The position numbers and the translations under genes are program-made. From contig NC_134032.1 in assembly GCF_964204645.1 (NCBI RefSeq), positions 5,046,175 to 5,110,174 on the forward strand: DNA of 64,000 nucleotides, in the 5' to 3' direction. Source of the DNA: Tubulanus polymorphus (lineage: Eukaryota; Animalia; Nemertea). The notes under the pieces are model-generated. The model had not been told where the DNA came from, searched no databases, and saw only the letters and a list, made by a program, of their open reading frames with translations. Position 1 is the first letter of the stretch, and each line of letters begins with the position of its first letter. Of the stretch, positions 1-10,692 are shown in pieces.

Positions 1-447
1 GAAATATCTAAATAATACCACTGGGCAAACCGCTCTTATAGGAGCGTTTTTGCTTAATGCGCATGCGCTAATCATAATTATATATTCATTCTGTAAATTA
101 TGTAAAATAGAAACAACCGAACACAGAAAATATCAAAACGTGTTCGCATTAGGCAAAAGCGCGCATTCGTGCGCGGTTTTGCTTAATGCGCATGCGCTAA
201 TCATAATTATATATAATTATGTAAATAGAAACAACCGACATGAAATATCTAAACGTGTTCGCATAAGGGAAACCGCGCATTCATGCGCGGTTTTGCTTAA
301 TGCGCATGCGCTAATCATAATTATATTTACATAATGAATATATAATTATGTAAATAGAAACAACCGACATGAAATATCTAAATCATACCACTGAGCAAAC
401 CGCGCATTCATGCGCGCTTTTGCTTAATGCGCATGCGCTAATCATAA
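1..447. repeat. Tandem repeat, ~115-130 bp unit (about 4 copies, runs off the window start), with internal palindromes
   Basis: Unit starts GAAATATCTAAA near 1, 126, 242 and 371. Units carry TTTTGCTTAATGCGCATGCGCTAATCATAATT and variants of the stem AAACCGCGCAT-TC-ATGCGCGGTTT. Confidence 0.9.
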
Positions 448-1187
448 TTGAAACGAATCATAATTGAAACGACTGAACATAAAAATTCACCAAACAGATT
501 TACACAATACATTATACAAGTTGTTCGGCCGTTTCTTCCAATACATCATTTGATTTCTATAAATACAATTTATAATTACAAACATTTTTCAATTGCCGGT
601 AAATATTTAACTACATCAACAAATGTTAAACTTAATCATTGGAGTCTTAATGTTTTTGAAATTCTTATATAGTTTCTTCGTCGATCTTTTAGCGATTCTT
701 GTGCTAATTTCTATTGGTTCGATATCCATTGCTGTTGATTCCTCAGTCAGAAAGAGTATCTTGAGTTTCTCTATCACTTCTTGATGCGTATGGCGTTTTA
801 TTAATCTAAAAGATATTAGCGGCAACTCCAGCCATCTAAAGGATATACTAAATACACTTAAATATATCTAAAGGTTTCATATTTAATAGCCCTAATAACT
901 ACAAAAAACAGTACTTACATTTAGATTTAGAATTGTAAACTATAGACTCCTAATTTCGTTTCGAGAGATAGAATATCCTGAGCATAATGTTACAGCGCCT
1001 GTTCATTTCTTGCCACGTCATCTGGTTCCGGTTCTAGAGTGTTCTCTGCACGTTTGTAATAATGACTCATATGTCTCGGCGTCATAGTAACAGCTGTAAC
1101 AGCTGTGAATTTATAGATTTATTCAATAGTTCATTACATGAAATGTATATAGGCTCAAATAGAATCATGTTCTAGTATAAACAGCTA

Positions 1188-1606
1188 TGCATTATTTCAA
1201 TCACACTTTACTAACACTTTTAATGTTTAAAAATCTAACTCACACAAATAGTAATATTGAAATAATGTTGTAAATATATACTTTTACATTGAATAATCTG
1301 TCAATTTAAATGTTATTCATTTATATGATTATTTTAAGAGTAATAGGGATAATAGGCTTTCAGGTTAAAGGTTGAACGGGCGGGTGAGTAAAAAATGAAA
1401 AACATGAAAATAATTACAATTTCTACTTGAATTAGGAGTGAAACTCATAAAAATGAAAAATAAATTCGAGTGTGTGAGAATTTATTTTTCATTTTTATGA
1501 GTTTCGCGAGTAATTCAAGTAGAAATTGTAATTATGTTCATGTTTTTCATTTTTTACGAGCTCGACCGTTCGACCTTTGGCCTGAAAGCCTATTATCCCT
1601 ATTACT
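1188..1606. mobile_element. Right terminus of a Polinton-family element (copy A), inserted into a BEL/Pao pol gene
   Basis: 1188-1315 matches the sub-terminal region of the full element (20062-20190). It ends ...CCTGAAAGCCTATTATCCCTATTACT as at 20522 and 37957, and abuts BEL coding sequence (PLKFTTIPRLEL). Confidence 0.88.
1339..1606 (+). repeat. 268-nt imperfect terminal fold-back (hairpin)
   Basis: AGTAATAGGGATAATAGGCTTTCAGG...CCTGAAAGCCTATTATCCCTATTACT arms pair all the way to an apical loop GAGTGTGTGA near 1468-1477. Confidence 0.95.
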
Positions 1607-3513
1607 CTCCTCTGAAGTTTACGACTATTCCGCGTCTCGAGTTAGCTGCTGCAACCGTATCGATTCGCCTAGATTGCATAATTACGAGAGAGTTAGACTT
1701 TGATGTTGATAAGACGTTCTATTGGACTGATAGCACATCGGTGTTGAAATATATTCGTAATGAGGATAAGCGATTTCAAGTGTTCGTTGCTAATAGAGTT
1801 GGCGTTATTCGTGAGCATTCGGAGCCTTCTCAATGGAACTTTGTTGATGGAAAGCTAAATCCTGCTGATGACGCCAGCCGCGGTTTAAGTATCGATGAAA
1901 TGAATCGTGATTGTCGATGGCTGAAAGGTCCTGATTTCTTATGGAAAACTAAGGAATCGTGGCCGACACAACCTGATTTAGGCGTCGTCGAATCGTCGGA
2001 CGTTGAGGTTAAAAGGTCGTCTAAAGCATGCGCGTCGTCGTGTAAACTTGATTTGGACAACGATGTTCTTATGAGCTATTTCGCACTATTCTCGTCTTGG
2101 TCGCGCCTTAAAAAGTCCGTTGCCTTGATATTGCGTTTTAAGCGTAAACTTATGCGTCGTGATCATGGTGATGTTTCTAACGGTCCGATTTCAGTTGGTG
2201 AGCTCCGAGAAGCTGAGAGAGCAATTTTGTCTTACGTTCAAAGGAGAGCGTTTCCAGAAGCTTTCAACGGTTCCACTCTCAAACAATCGTCAATACTCGC
2301 GCTGAGTCCCGTTGAGATTAATAACTTGTTGTGCGTAAGAGGGCGTCTTGGTCGTTCAGAGCTTTCCGAGTCATCGAAACATCCTATAATATTACCGAAG
2401 AATGGTCACATCACTGACTTAATCGTACGGTTCTATCATGATATCTATGCGCATAGAGGTCGTGAGTATACGCTCTCTAAGATTCGCTTGAAGTTTTGGG
2501 TTGTTAATGGTAAATCCGCTGTGTGGAGAACTATATCGAAATGTATAAATTGCCGCAAACGAAACGCAAAACTTTCACAACAGAAGATGTCAGATTTACC
2601 GCCGGATCGCGTCTCTCCTGATAAACCACCATTTTCGTTTGTTGGACTTGATTATTTTGGTCCGTTTCTGGTTAAACGCGGTCGTGTGCGTGAGAAACGT
2701 TATGGATGCATCTTCACTTGCCTTGCAAGTCGCTCCGTTCACTTAGAAGTATGCCATTCCCTGGATACCGACTCCTTTATTTCCGGTCTTAGGCGTTTTA
2801 TCGCGCGGAGGGGTCAGCCGGAGAAGATCAGAAGTGACAACGGTACTAATCTCGTGGGCGGTCAGCGTGAACTGAAAGATGCCATCAATAACTGGAATCA
2901 AGACAAAATCCAGGAGTTCTTGTTGCAAAAGGAGAAAGAATGGGAGTTTACCTTCAAATATGGGAGGTGTTTGGGAAAGACTCATTATATCGATTAGAAG
3001 TGTTTTGTGCGCGATTACGAAAGAACAGGTTCTCGACGATGATAGCTTGTTAACCCTCATGTGTGAGGTCGAAGCCATTGTTAATGGTCGTCCGTTGACG
3101 AGCGTCTCCGATGATCCTACTGACTTGGAACCACTTACTCCAAATCACTTGTTGATTTTGCATTCCGGACCAACATTGCCGCCAGGGAGTTTTTCTCAAC
3201 GCGATTTGTACGTTCGTCGGCGCTGGCGTCAAGTACAATACTTGGCCGATGTTTTTTGGAGAAGATGGGTACGCGAGTACTTACCATTGTTACAAAAAAG
3301 ACAGAAATGGTTCAACCCTCAGAGGAATTTCGTTGAAGGCGATATCGTTCTTGTCGAAGATGATCAGTCGCATCGATCGTCTTGGCTTTTAGGTCGCGTT
3401 ATCGAACCTTATGCCGGAAGTGATAGTTTGATTCGAAGCGTTAAACTTAAAACAAAGTCAACCGAGTTAGTCGACCAGTGAACAAGTGCGTTCTTTTGGA
3501 ATGTATTACTTAG
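1607..3513 (+). pseudogene. pol: BEL/Pao pol: RNase H-like region, HHCC zinc finger, integrase core, C-terminal DUF5641-like domain; frameshifted near 2950 and 3470
   Basis: TIPRLEL, WTDS, NPADDASRG, H-x3-H...C-x2-C, GLDYFGP, SDNGTN, GGVWER, PLTPNH, FWRRWVREYL (ORFs 1534..2997 and 2879..3481). Confidence 0.93.
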
Positions 3514-3648
3514 GGTTTACTAAGTAACTTAGTGTTTACCTATATGATGAACATTAATGTAATTCATGTACCTATTTGAGTGTTTCGTTGTTATATTGTT
3601 GTATATTTGTTTGGTTAAATCACATAAAGTGTTTAACGGTGCCGGGAA

Positions 3649-4044
3649 TGTTGACGCCACGTTTCGGCTCTTGTAGTTTAAAGTTTGTATGGTTACTTTA
3701 GTTCGAAGTTTGTAACTTCATATGTCTGCATTGTGCTGCCACCTATTATTCTTATAATTTTTCGGCTTTTTTACGTCATTCTTGGTAGCCATATTTGAAC
3801 GCAGCTGGTTTTTGGTTTAGCAATATCTTGTCAAAAGGCTCAATTGTTCCGTAAGTTTAATTCAAGATAATTCGTAACTTTATTTATCAGTTGCATGTTA
3901 GAAGTAAGTTTTCTGTATATTGAATCACAAAACTTGTAAAGTTTCATTTCATATTGTAGAAACGTCTTTTCGTCTTGGTCGATATGGTCGAATAAAGTCA
4001 GTTTGGAATATGAGAAACAAAATTCTTGGTTGTCAGTTGCAACA
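3649..4044 (+). repeat. 3' LTR of the BEL/Pao element (~396 bp)
   Basis: Starts TGTTG right after the PPT, ends CAACA, AATAAA at 3991. The partner LTR is not in the window. Confidence 0.75.
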
Positions 4045-5103
4045 TCGGGGTTTAAGTGTTAATGTATGAATCCCCATCAATCATTTTCGGAAGAACCTTC
4101 TCATCATGCAGAAAACGACGTAAAAAGGGGGAAGGGCAAATCATCACCTAATATCGTCAGTGTTAAACACGGCCAAAGAGCTAGACTGTACCACCAAATA
4201 ACAAGCGTCCAAAAGTTCGAACAACTATACAACAAACAAACGTTTATTAATTAGGATATCAGTGTCGCCCCCGGGAGCCAGCATGGGATGAGCCGGGAAT
4301 GCAGATCCTGAAGCCTTGATCTGTAGCTCAGAATTATTATTTCACTGTTGTTTATTAAAGCCGTACTTGATTGAAGGGAACCCAACAACCCGTAGAACAT
4401 TCACATTTTGCAAATATCCAGTCTCACTGTATATACGAAATGAGGATGACGCTAGCCTCCACCTACAAAATCCATCAAATCTCACATGTAAATATACCGC
4501 CACAAAACCCTTCATAGCTCATCGAAATACATCCTGACCCAAGTTGACCTTGGTGCTTGTCTGGTGAATCGCCATTAAGACTGCCATCTCTAAGAATTTT
4601 CAACGAAGGGTACTTTTGGACAGATGGCGTCCAACTGAAACAGTATCGGAGACTCCAACAAACCTCAGCATTTCGAAAGCTGTCTCCGCTCATTTTGGCC
4701 ATTCTGCATATATTGATACTTACCAGAACCTTCCCCCCCCCCCCCAACATTTACCCTGGAACTCAAGTGACAACTTTGCCGTTGATGCTATCGGGGTATA
4801 GCTTCTAGATCTATAAAAAAGTGCTAACTGTTCTAGCTGACTCCATGGGTAAATGTACTTGTTACATCCACCGTGTTTCACAAAGTACTAGTGATCATTT
4901 AGGTCGAGCTGCAGAACATTTTTGAAATTTTAATATGTTGTTTATTAATCCACCATCTGCGCACTCTGTTTATTGTAAGCTATCTACTCTAATCTCTACT
5001 GGTTCCTTCAATATCCCCTCACGGTTGTTGACAATCCCATCTCGGACAACGCCCCACCCATTGTTTTTGTGGGCTTGTCTTGATGACCGAAGATATATAA
5101 CCG

Positions 5104-5236
5104 CTCTCTCTCCCTCTCTCCCTCTCCCCCTCTCTTCCTTTCTTCCTCGCTCCCTCTCTCCCGCTCCCTCTCTCCCTCTCCCTTCTCCCCTTTCCACCCT
5201 CTCCCCTCTCCCTCTCTCCCCCTCTCCCCCTCTCCC
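5104..5236. repeat. Pyrimidine-rich (CT/CCT) simple repeat
   Basis: Almost pure C/T tract; explains the spurious low-complexity ORFs at 4935-5420. Confidence 0.95.
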
Positions 5237-5639
5237 CGCCGACTGGCAGCCATTGTTGTTTGGAAGAATCAGCACTTTTTATACGTTTTTGAACTTTTTG
5301 AGGGAAATTTTGAAGACGCTTTGGTCAATTACCTTGATCTTTCGTATATATTTTAATCCCCCGGGGCCCATAAGCATAACAAAAATTGGGTCAATCAGTC
5401 ACAAGATGGCCGTCCTATGACCTTTTTAGTGGCCAAAATTGTCAATTTTGGCCCGAATTTAGAGTCCTGTAGCTTCCTACTGATTTGCATTTCTCATTGC
5501 AATTGCTGATGGGTATACTTTGGAAAGGGATTTCTTATACCTGAGATAGGTATTTTTGATCAGCGAACTATGACGCAATCGGCGGCCATCTTGGTGTTTT
5601 TGGTACTCATTCGTTGGTGGGAAATAGTTTTTCGACATT

Positions 5640-6121
5640 ATATTCATACCTAAGCATATTTTGTTACCGCAATGAATTAGAAAGTTGTAGATTGTAAGGT
5701 TTTCTATTATTGTGGTGTGTTTCAAGGTCATTAGTTTTTGTATATGGCCACCAGGGGGCGTTGAATAATATAATAGCTTAGTATTTCTATATTATATGTG
5801 TACCAATGCATATTTTGTTACCACAATCAATTGCAAAGTTGTAACTCCTGACATCGCCTATGATTGTGGTCTGTTTTAAGGACATTAGTTATTCTATATG
5901 GTCACAAGGGGGCATTGAATAGTGGAATAACTTATTAATTTTAGTATTACTTTAGTATTTCCTTATTATATTGGTGCCTAGGCATATTTTGTTAACATGA
6001 TCAATTACAAAGTTGTAGTTCATGGCATCTTCTAAGATTGTGGCGAGTTTCAAGGTCATTTGGATTTGAATATGGTCACCAGGGTTCATTGAATTGTAGA
6101 ATAACTTAGTATTTCCACATT
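5640..6121. repeat. ~155-175 bp tandem-unit repeat that is the Polinton insertion target; continues at 20529-20660
   Basis: GCATATTTTGTTA(C/A)C...TTTCAAGGTCATT...TATGGTCACCAGGGG units at about 5654, 5808 and 5983, and again at 20543 after the Polinton. Confidence 0.8.
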
Positions 6122-6355
6122 AGTAATAGGGGTAATGGGCTTTCAGGCCAAAGGTCGAACGGTCGAGCTCATTAAAAAACAAAACATTAAAAGTAATTTA
6201 AAACTATAATATATTTTCATAACCGTGTGCATTTTATATTATAACTAAATATTTATTCTAAGATATTAATAATTTAAATTTTAAAAGCATATTGTATTAA
6301 ATCAATTGGTCGCTCCACTTCGCTACCGCTCCGCGACCAATTGATTTATTTACAA
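6122..6355 (+). repeat. Left TIR
   Basis: Near-perfect reverse complement of 20286-20522; contains the internal stem TAAATCAATTGGTCGC...GCGACCAATTGATTTA. Confidence 0.95.
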
Positions 6356-6384
6356 AATATTTTAAGATTCATGAAGAGGCAAGA

Positions 6385-6711
6385 TTGGCTCGAATAAATG
6401 ATTCTATTTCAGATGGTATTGTCAAATGTTATTCTAAGTTATGTAACCGGTTAATACCAATTAATGATGAAAATAAATTATATAGTGATTTGAAAAATGA
6501 CTACTTAGTTATGACTGAATTACAAAAATGGGTTGGTTATGCTTCATTTCAATTAGGATCGGTTATGACATTAATTTCTACCGGCGTCATAACATTTTCG
6601 AACATCAAACCTATGGAATATAAATCAGGTAAGAACGAAACAGATGTACTACAACCAAACGTCGAAACAGAAAATGAATCAGAACAAAAATTAACTAAAA
6701 TAAATGAGTGA
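6385..6711 (+). CDS. Polinton hypothetical protein, probably 5'-truncated, one hydrophobic segment
   Basis: 108-aa ORF; the reading frame runs back to the TIR junction with no ATG, suggesting a deletion. Confidence 0.5.
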   Translation: MARINDSISDGIVKCYSKLCNRLIPINDENKLYSDLKNDYLVMTELQKWVGYASFQLGSVMTLISTGVITFSNIKPMEYKSGKNETDVLQPNVETENESEQKLTKINE

Positions 6712-6859
6712 TAGCGTTAAGAAAAAGGCTAGATCTGAAAAACAAATTAAATGGGCAAGAGAATTAGGTAAAAGATCTTCAGAATTAAAAAAAGCTAAGA
6801 AAAAGAAATTAACTGATATAAATGAATCACATCATGAATATTATCTGATAACGATGTAG
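6704..6859 (+). CDS. Small basic Polinton protein (MSDSVKKKARSEKQIKWARELGKRS...), truncated by deletion
   Basis: TAAATG start overlapping the previous ORF; Lys/Arg-rich; runs into integrase sequence near 6840. Confidence 0.5.
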   Translation: MSDSVKKKARSEKQIKWARELGKRSSELKKAKKKKLTDINESHHEYYLITM

Positions 6860-7470
6860 ATTATTTTTCAACACATTCAGATAAAAAAGCATCTATTATA
6901 GAAAGATTTGATAAAACATTGAAAACTAGAATGTGGAAATATTTTACTGCTAATGAAACATATAAATATATCGACGTGATAGATGATTAAGTGAAAGGTT
7001 ATAATAATTCTAAACATAGTTCTATAAATATGAAACCTATACAAGCTAGAAAAGAAGATAATTCGGAAATAGTTTGGAATAATTTATATGGAGCGTTTGT
7101 TACACATGATTTCGGAGAACCTAAATTTAAAATAGGACAACACGTAAGAATATCTAAATATAGAAAAACATTTTATAAAGGTTATACTCCAAATTTTACT
7201 GAAGAAATATTCAAGATTAAAAAGATAATATTAACTAAACCATTTGTTTATAAACTAGAAGATCTAAAAGATGAAGAAATATTAGGTTATTTCTATGAAC
7301 GAGAATTATCATTTGTACCAAACCCAGATGAAATAGAATACAAAATAGAAAAAGTATTGAAAACAAAAACTCTTAAAGGAAAAAAGTATTCTTTTGTGAA
7401 ATATAAAGGATACGATGATAAATTTAATGAATGGATTTTATCTAGTAAAATTAAAAGAATAAATGAATAA
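6841..7470 (+). pseudogene. int: Retroviral-like integrase, C-terminal half with chromodomain; N-terminus deleted, internal stop near 6988
   Basis: KASIIERFDKTLKTRMWKYF, YNNSKHSSINMKP, FKIGQHVRIS, KGYTPNFTEEIF, GYFYEREL, chromodomain YKIEKVL...FVKYKGYDDKFNEWI. Confidence 0.92.
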
Positions 7471-8074
7471 AGATTTATTTATATTTGAACCGCATAATAT
7501 GTTAGTTACTGGTGTAACAAACTGTGGTAAAACACATTTCATATTAGATTTGTTAGAAACTATTTATAAGAATCATTTTGATAATATAATATTATTCTGC
7601 CCTACTTATGAAATGAATAAAACATATAATAGAGATATAGTTAAGATAAAAAAGTTTATTATATTAGATCCTAAAACAGTAAAAGAAAATTTAGATAATT
7701 GTATAAAAATAGCAATTGATACTTATAAAGGATCAAATACATTATTCATTGTAGATGATTGCGCAAATTTACATGATTCAAAAGTGAGAGAAAGTGAGTT
7801 ATGTTATTCAGCTTTCTCTGGGAGACATTTCGGGATAACAACATGGGTTTTAAATCAAAAATATAATTCAATTGTTAAAGACTTTAGGGAGAATATAAGA
7901 TTTCTAGTTTTATTTTATAACAAAGATAAAAAATCTATGCAACAATCATTGGAAGAAAATCAAATTATACCTACTGAATTACATGATGAATATATGAATA
8001 AATTAAAGAATAATAAAGGTTCAAAATTATTACTGAGATTACAATTTCCCTATGAATATAAATTTATAAAATAA
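7463..8074 (+). CDS. A32-like / FtsK-HerA DNA packaging ATPase
   Basis: Walker A GVTNCGKT, Walker B LFIVDD, SGRH motif and downstream Q; intact 203 aa. Confidence 0.92.
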   Translation: MNKDLFIFEPHNMLVTGVTNCGKTHFILDLLETIYKNHFDNIILFCPTYEMNKTYNRDIVKIKKFIILDPKTVKENLDNCIKIAIDTYKGSNTLFIVDDCANLHDSKVRESELCYSAFSGRHFGITTWVLNQKYNSIVKDFRENIRFLVLFYNKDKKSMQQSLEENQIIPTELHDEYMNKLKNNKGSKLLLRLQFPYEYKFIK

Positions 8075-8473
8075 CTATTTGTATACCTATGTATTAGATA
8101 CCCTAATACCTGATACCCTATTAGATACCCTAATACCTGATACCCTATTAGATACCTTAAATACTTAAAACCCCCTTTTTTTAAATAAATATTATTTATA
8201 CAATTTTCAACCAATTTATTTTTATTTTTTTCAACTAATATATGAATAAGTTTGAAAATAATAAAGGTTATTTATTATTACTGAGGTTTCAATTTCCATA
8301 TGAATATCAGTTTATAAAATAAGATATTTTATGTATTAGATTGTATTAGATTGTATTGGATATGTATTAGATACCTTAAATACCTTAAATACTTAAAACC
8401 CCCTTTTTTATTTACTATTATTTTATACAATTTTCAACCAATATTATTATTTGTGTTAAATATAATTAATATT

Positions 8474-9398
8474 TTAATCACTTTCACTATCAGACCCTAA
8501 CAATTTATTCAAATTCTCTACCGAATTTTCTTCTTCAAATTCTTTATTATTTTTATACTTTTTCATCCTTTCTACCGCATCATCAATAGTTTCTTCTTTA
8601 TGTTTCATAGAATTATATTTTAACTTTATTATCAATATCTGTAACTGTATCACCATGTGGGCGCCGTATGGCACCATTTTCATTATTATCTTTATTAGTG
8701 TTTGCTCCTAATATTTCATTTAAAGTGTTTGGTTTTAATATTTCATTAGCATCGGTTAGATCTAATTCATCTTTATTAGGCGTTGCTAATAATAAATCTT
8801 TATATAATTCTCTACCATTTACTTTTTGATTTGAAACAAACTTTGTAACATATCTAAATGGGTGTTCTATGAATTCTCTTATACCAACACGATCTATTAC
8901 ATTAGTAATATGTGAATTTGTATTCATATGTTTATTCCAATTTGATGGAACGTTTGAATATTCACTTTTACAATATCCACAATAATTTCTATTTTCACTA
9001 ACATTTAATATTATTTCATTATTTGATGTAGAAGGTATTACATTATTAGATGTAGAGGGTATTACATTATTAGATGTAGAAGGTATTACATTATTAGATG
9101 TAGTAGGTATTACATTATTAGATGTAGTAGGTATTACATTATTAGATGTAGTAGGTATTACATTATTAGATGTAGAAGGTATTGCATTATTAGATGTAGA
9201 AGGTATTACATTATTATCAATTACATTACTTAAATTATCAACAACACCACTTTTATTATTATCGATTTCTATCAGTTAAGTTTTATAAATTTTGAAAATA
9301 GGATCAAATATCAAAGCTATATTACAAGGTATTACATAATATAAACCATTATTATTTTCATGTGTATCGATGTATGGAATATGTTTATATACTTCCAT
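8474..9398 (-). pseudogene. Zinc-finger protein with 8-aa repeats (frameshifted)
   Basis: ATG at 9398; NNVIP(S/T)TS repeats; C2H2-like CGYCKSEYSNVPSNWNKHMNTNSH in frame with ORF 8613..8927. Confidence 0.65.
9027..9216. repeat. 24-bp coding minisatellite (7-8 copies)
   Basis: (GAA/GTA)GGTATTACATTATTAGATGTA repeated. Confidence 0.95.
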
Positions 9399-9430
9399 TT
9401 ATTATATAAATTTTTATTAAAGTTAAAATT

Positions 9431-10672
9431 CTAATACATAACACTATTTAATTGAGAATTTACAATATTTAATTGCGCGTCAGATATAATATAAATGTGC
9501 ATTTTAACATTTTTGATTCCTTTATTCATTGTCATGAATAATTGTATTCCATCTTTAGTGTTCTGTAATTTTTTTCCAGAACCATGTAATGAATTATCCT
9601 CTGTTGTTCTAAAATCTAACCATAATGCGTATTTATTACCGGTATAATAATCAATTTGATTAATATTACAATTTTCAGATGATTTTACTTTTTCATTCAT
9701 AAAATGTTTTCTAATTTCTGGCCATTGATCTATCATTCTCATTCCTTGACGAAATATTTTATTTGCTATTCCTTCGATAGTTATTTCTACTTTTGTTATT
9801 TCAGGATTATAATAATTATCAACATTTATTGCGCCATTAGTATATGTTGCAATGCTAAAAAAATATTAATATACCTTTAATAGATCTTCTTGGGAAGTTA
9901 ATATTCTCATTAATTATTTCATCATTTGCATTAATAGTTACAGTTTTAAATTTATCAATATAATCATATAATAATGAAAATCCTTGATTGTATTTAGTTT
10001 GAATTATACTTGAAATATTTTCATCAGTTACTGTATCATATTCTAAACATATATTCGATAATTTATAACTCATATTTTTATTAACGCTGGATATTACAAT
10101 TTCATTTACAGGAGCAAATGCAATTTCGAATATAACATCTTCTTGAATTGCGTATTTATATAAAGGTGCATTGTTATTTATCAATTCAAAGTCTAATGGA
10201 ATTTTATATTTGCTTCCATATATACTTTTTATCAATTTATCTACAGCATTAGTTAATATTGCATTATGTGCTTCTGATCTTAACTTATTTTGGTTTTCTG
10301 ATTGGATTCCTTGAAATATCATATTATTTCTATTTTCTTTAGTAAACCATAAATCTTTATAACCATAAATAAATTATAATCATCTAATGAGAAAACTGCT
10401 TCTGGTCCAATCTTTATTGTTAATTTCTTAATCAAATATCTCCCAACATTATCAACAACATAATTATTACCGATTACTTTTATATCGGCTGATAAATAAA
10501 TACTATTTGGAACATAAAAAGTATTTTGTGTTAATCGAGGGATTCTAACGTATAAAGTTTCATCGGGATTAATATTAGAAGGGTTATGAGTAATTATATG
10601 ATGTGATCTTTCTGCTTTAATAGCATTAGATATTCTATGATTCTTAGAAGGATTGATATAACTCCCACTCAT
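9431..10672 (-). pseudogene. Major capsid protein (double jelly-roll, hexon-like), split by frameshifts
   Basis: Three consecutive ORFs (10319..10672, 9855..10322, 9431..9742) totalling ~410 aa; HNPSNINPDETLYVRIP, SYKLSNICLEYD, PRRSIKGIL, LWLDFRT..DNSLHGSG resemble Polinton capsid proteins; size and context fit. Confidence 0.78.
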
Positions 10673-10692
10673 TTGTTCAACAAAAAAATTAA

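Larger units (their letters stand above)
1607..4044 (+). mobile_element. BEL/Pao LTR retrotransposon, 3' half (pol remnant, PPT, 3' LTR)
   Basis: Pao-type pol motifs followed by purine-rich GGTGCCGGGAA and an LTR bounded by TGTTG...CAACA. Confidence 0.92.

Noticed and set aside
1-447. CRISPR-like array
   Set aside because: The inter-repeat segments are homologous to each other, there are no cas genes, and the context is eukaryotic.
1339-1606. Independent MITE made of two Polinton ends
   Set aside because: No TSD, and both hairpins follow the same sub-terminal sequence, so they are part of the terminus.
1534-2997. 487-aa ORF as a single gene with a novel N-terminus
   Set aside because: The first ~24 codons are read through the Polinton terminus; it is a junction chimera with BEL pol.
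4935-5420. Pro/Ser-rich and Gly/Arg/Glu-rich ORFs
   Set aside because: Translations of a CT microsatellite.
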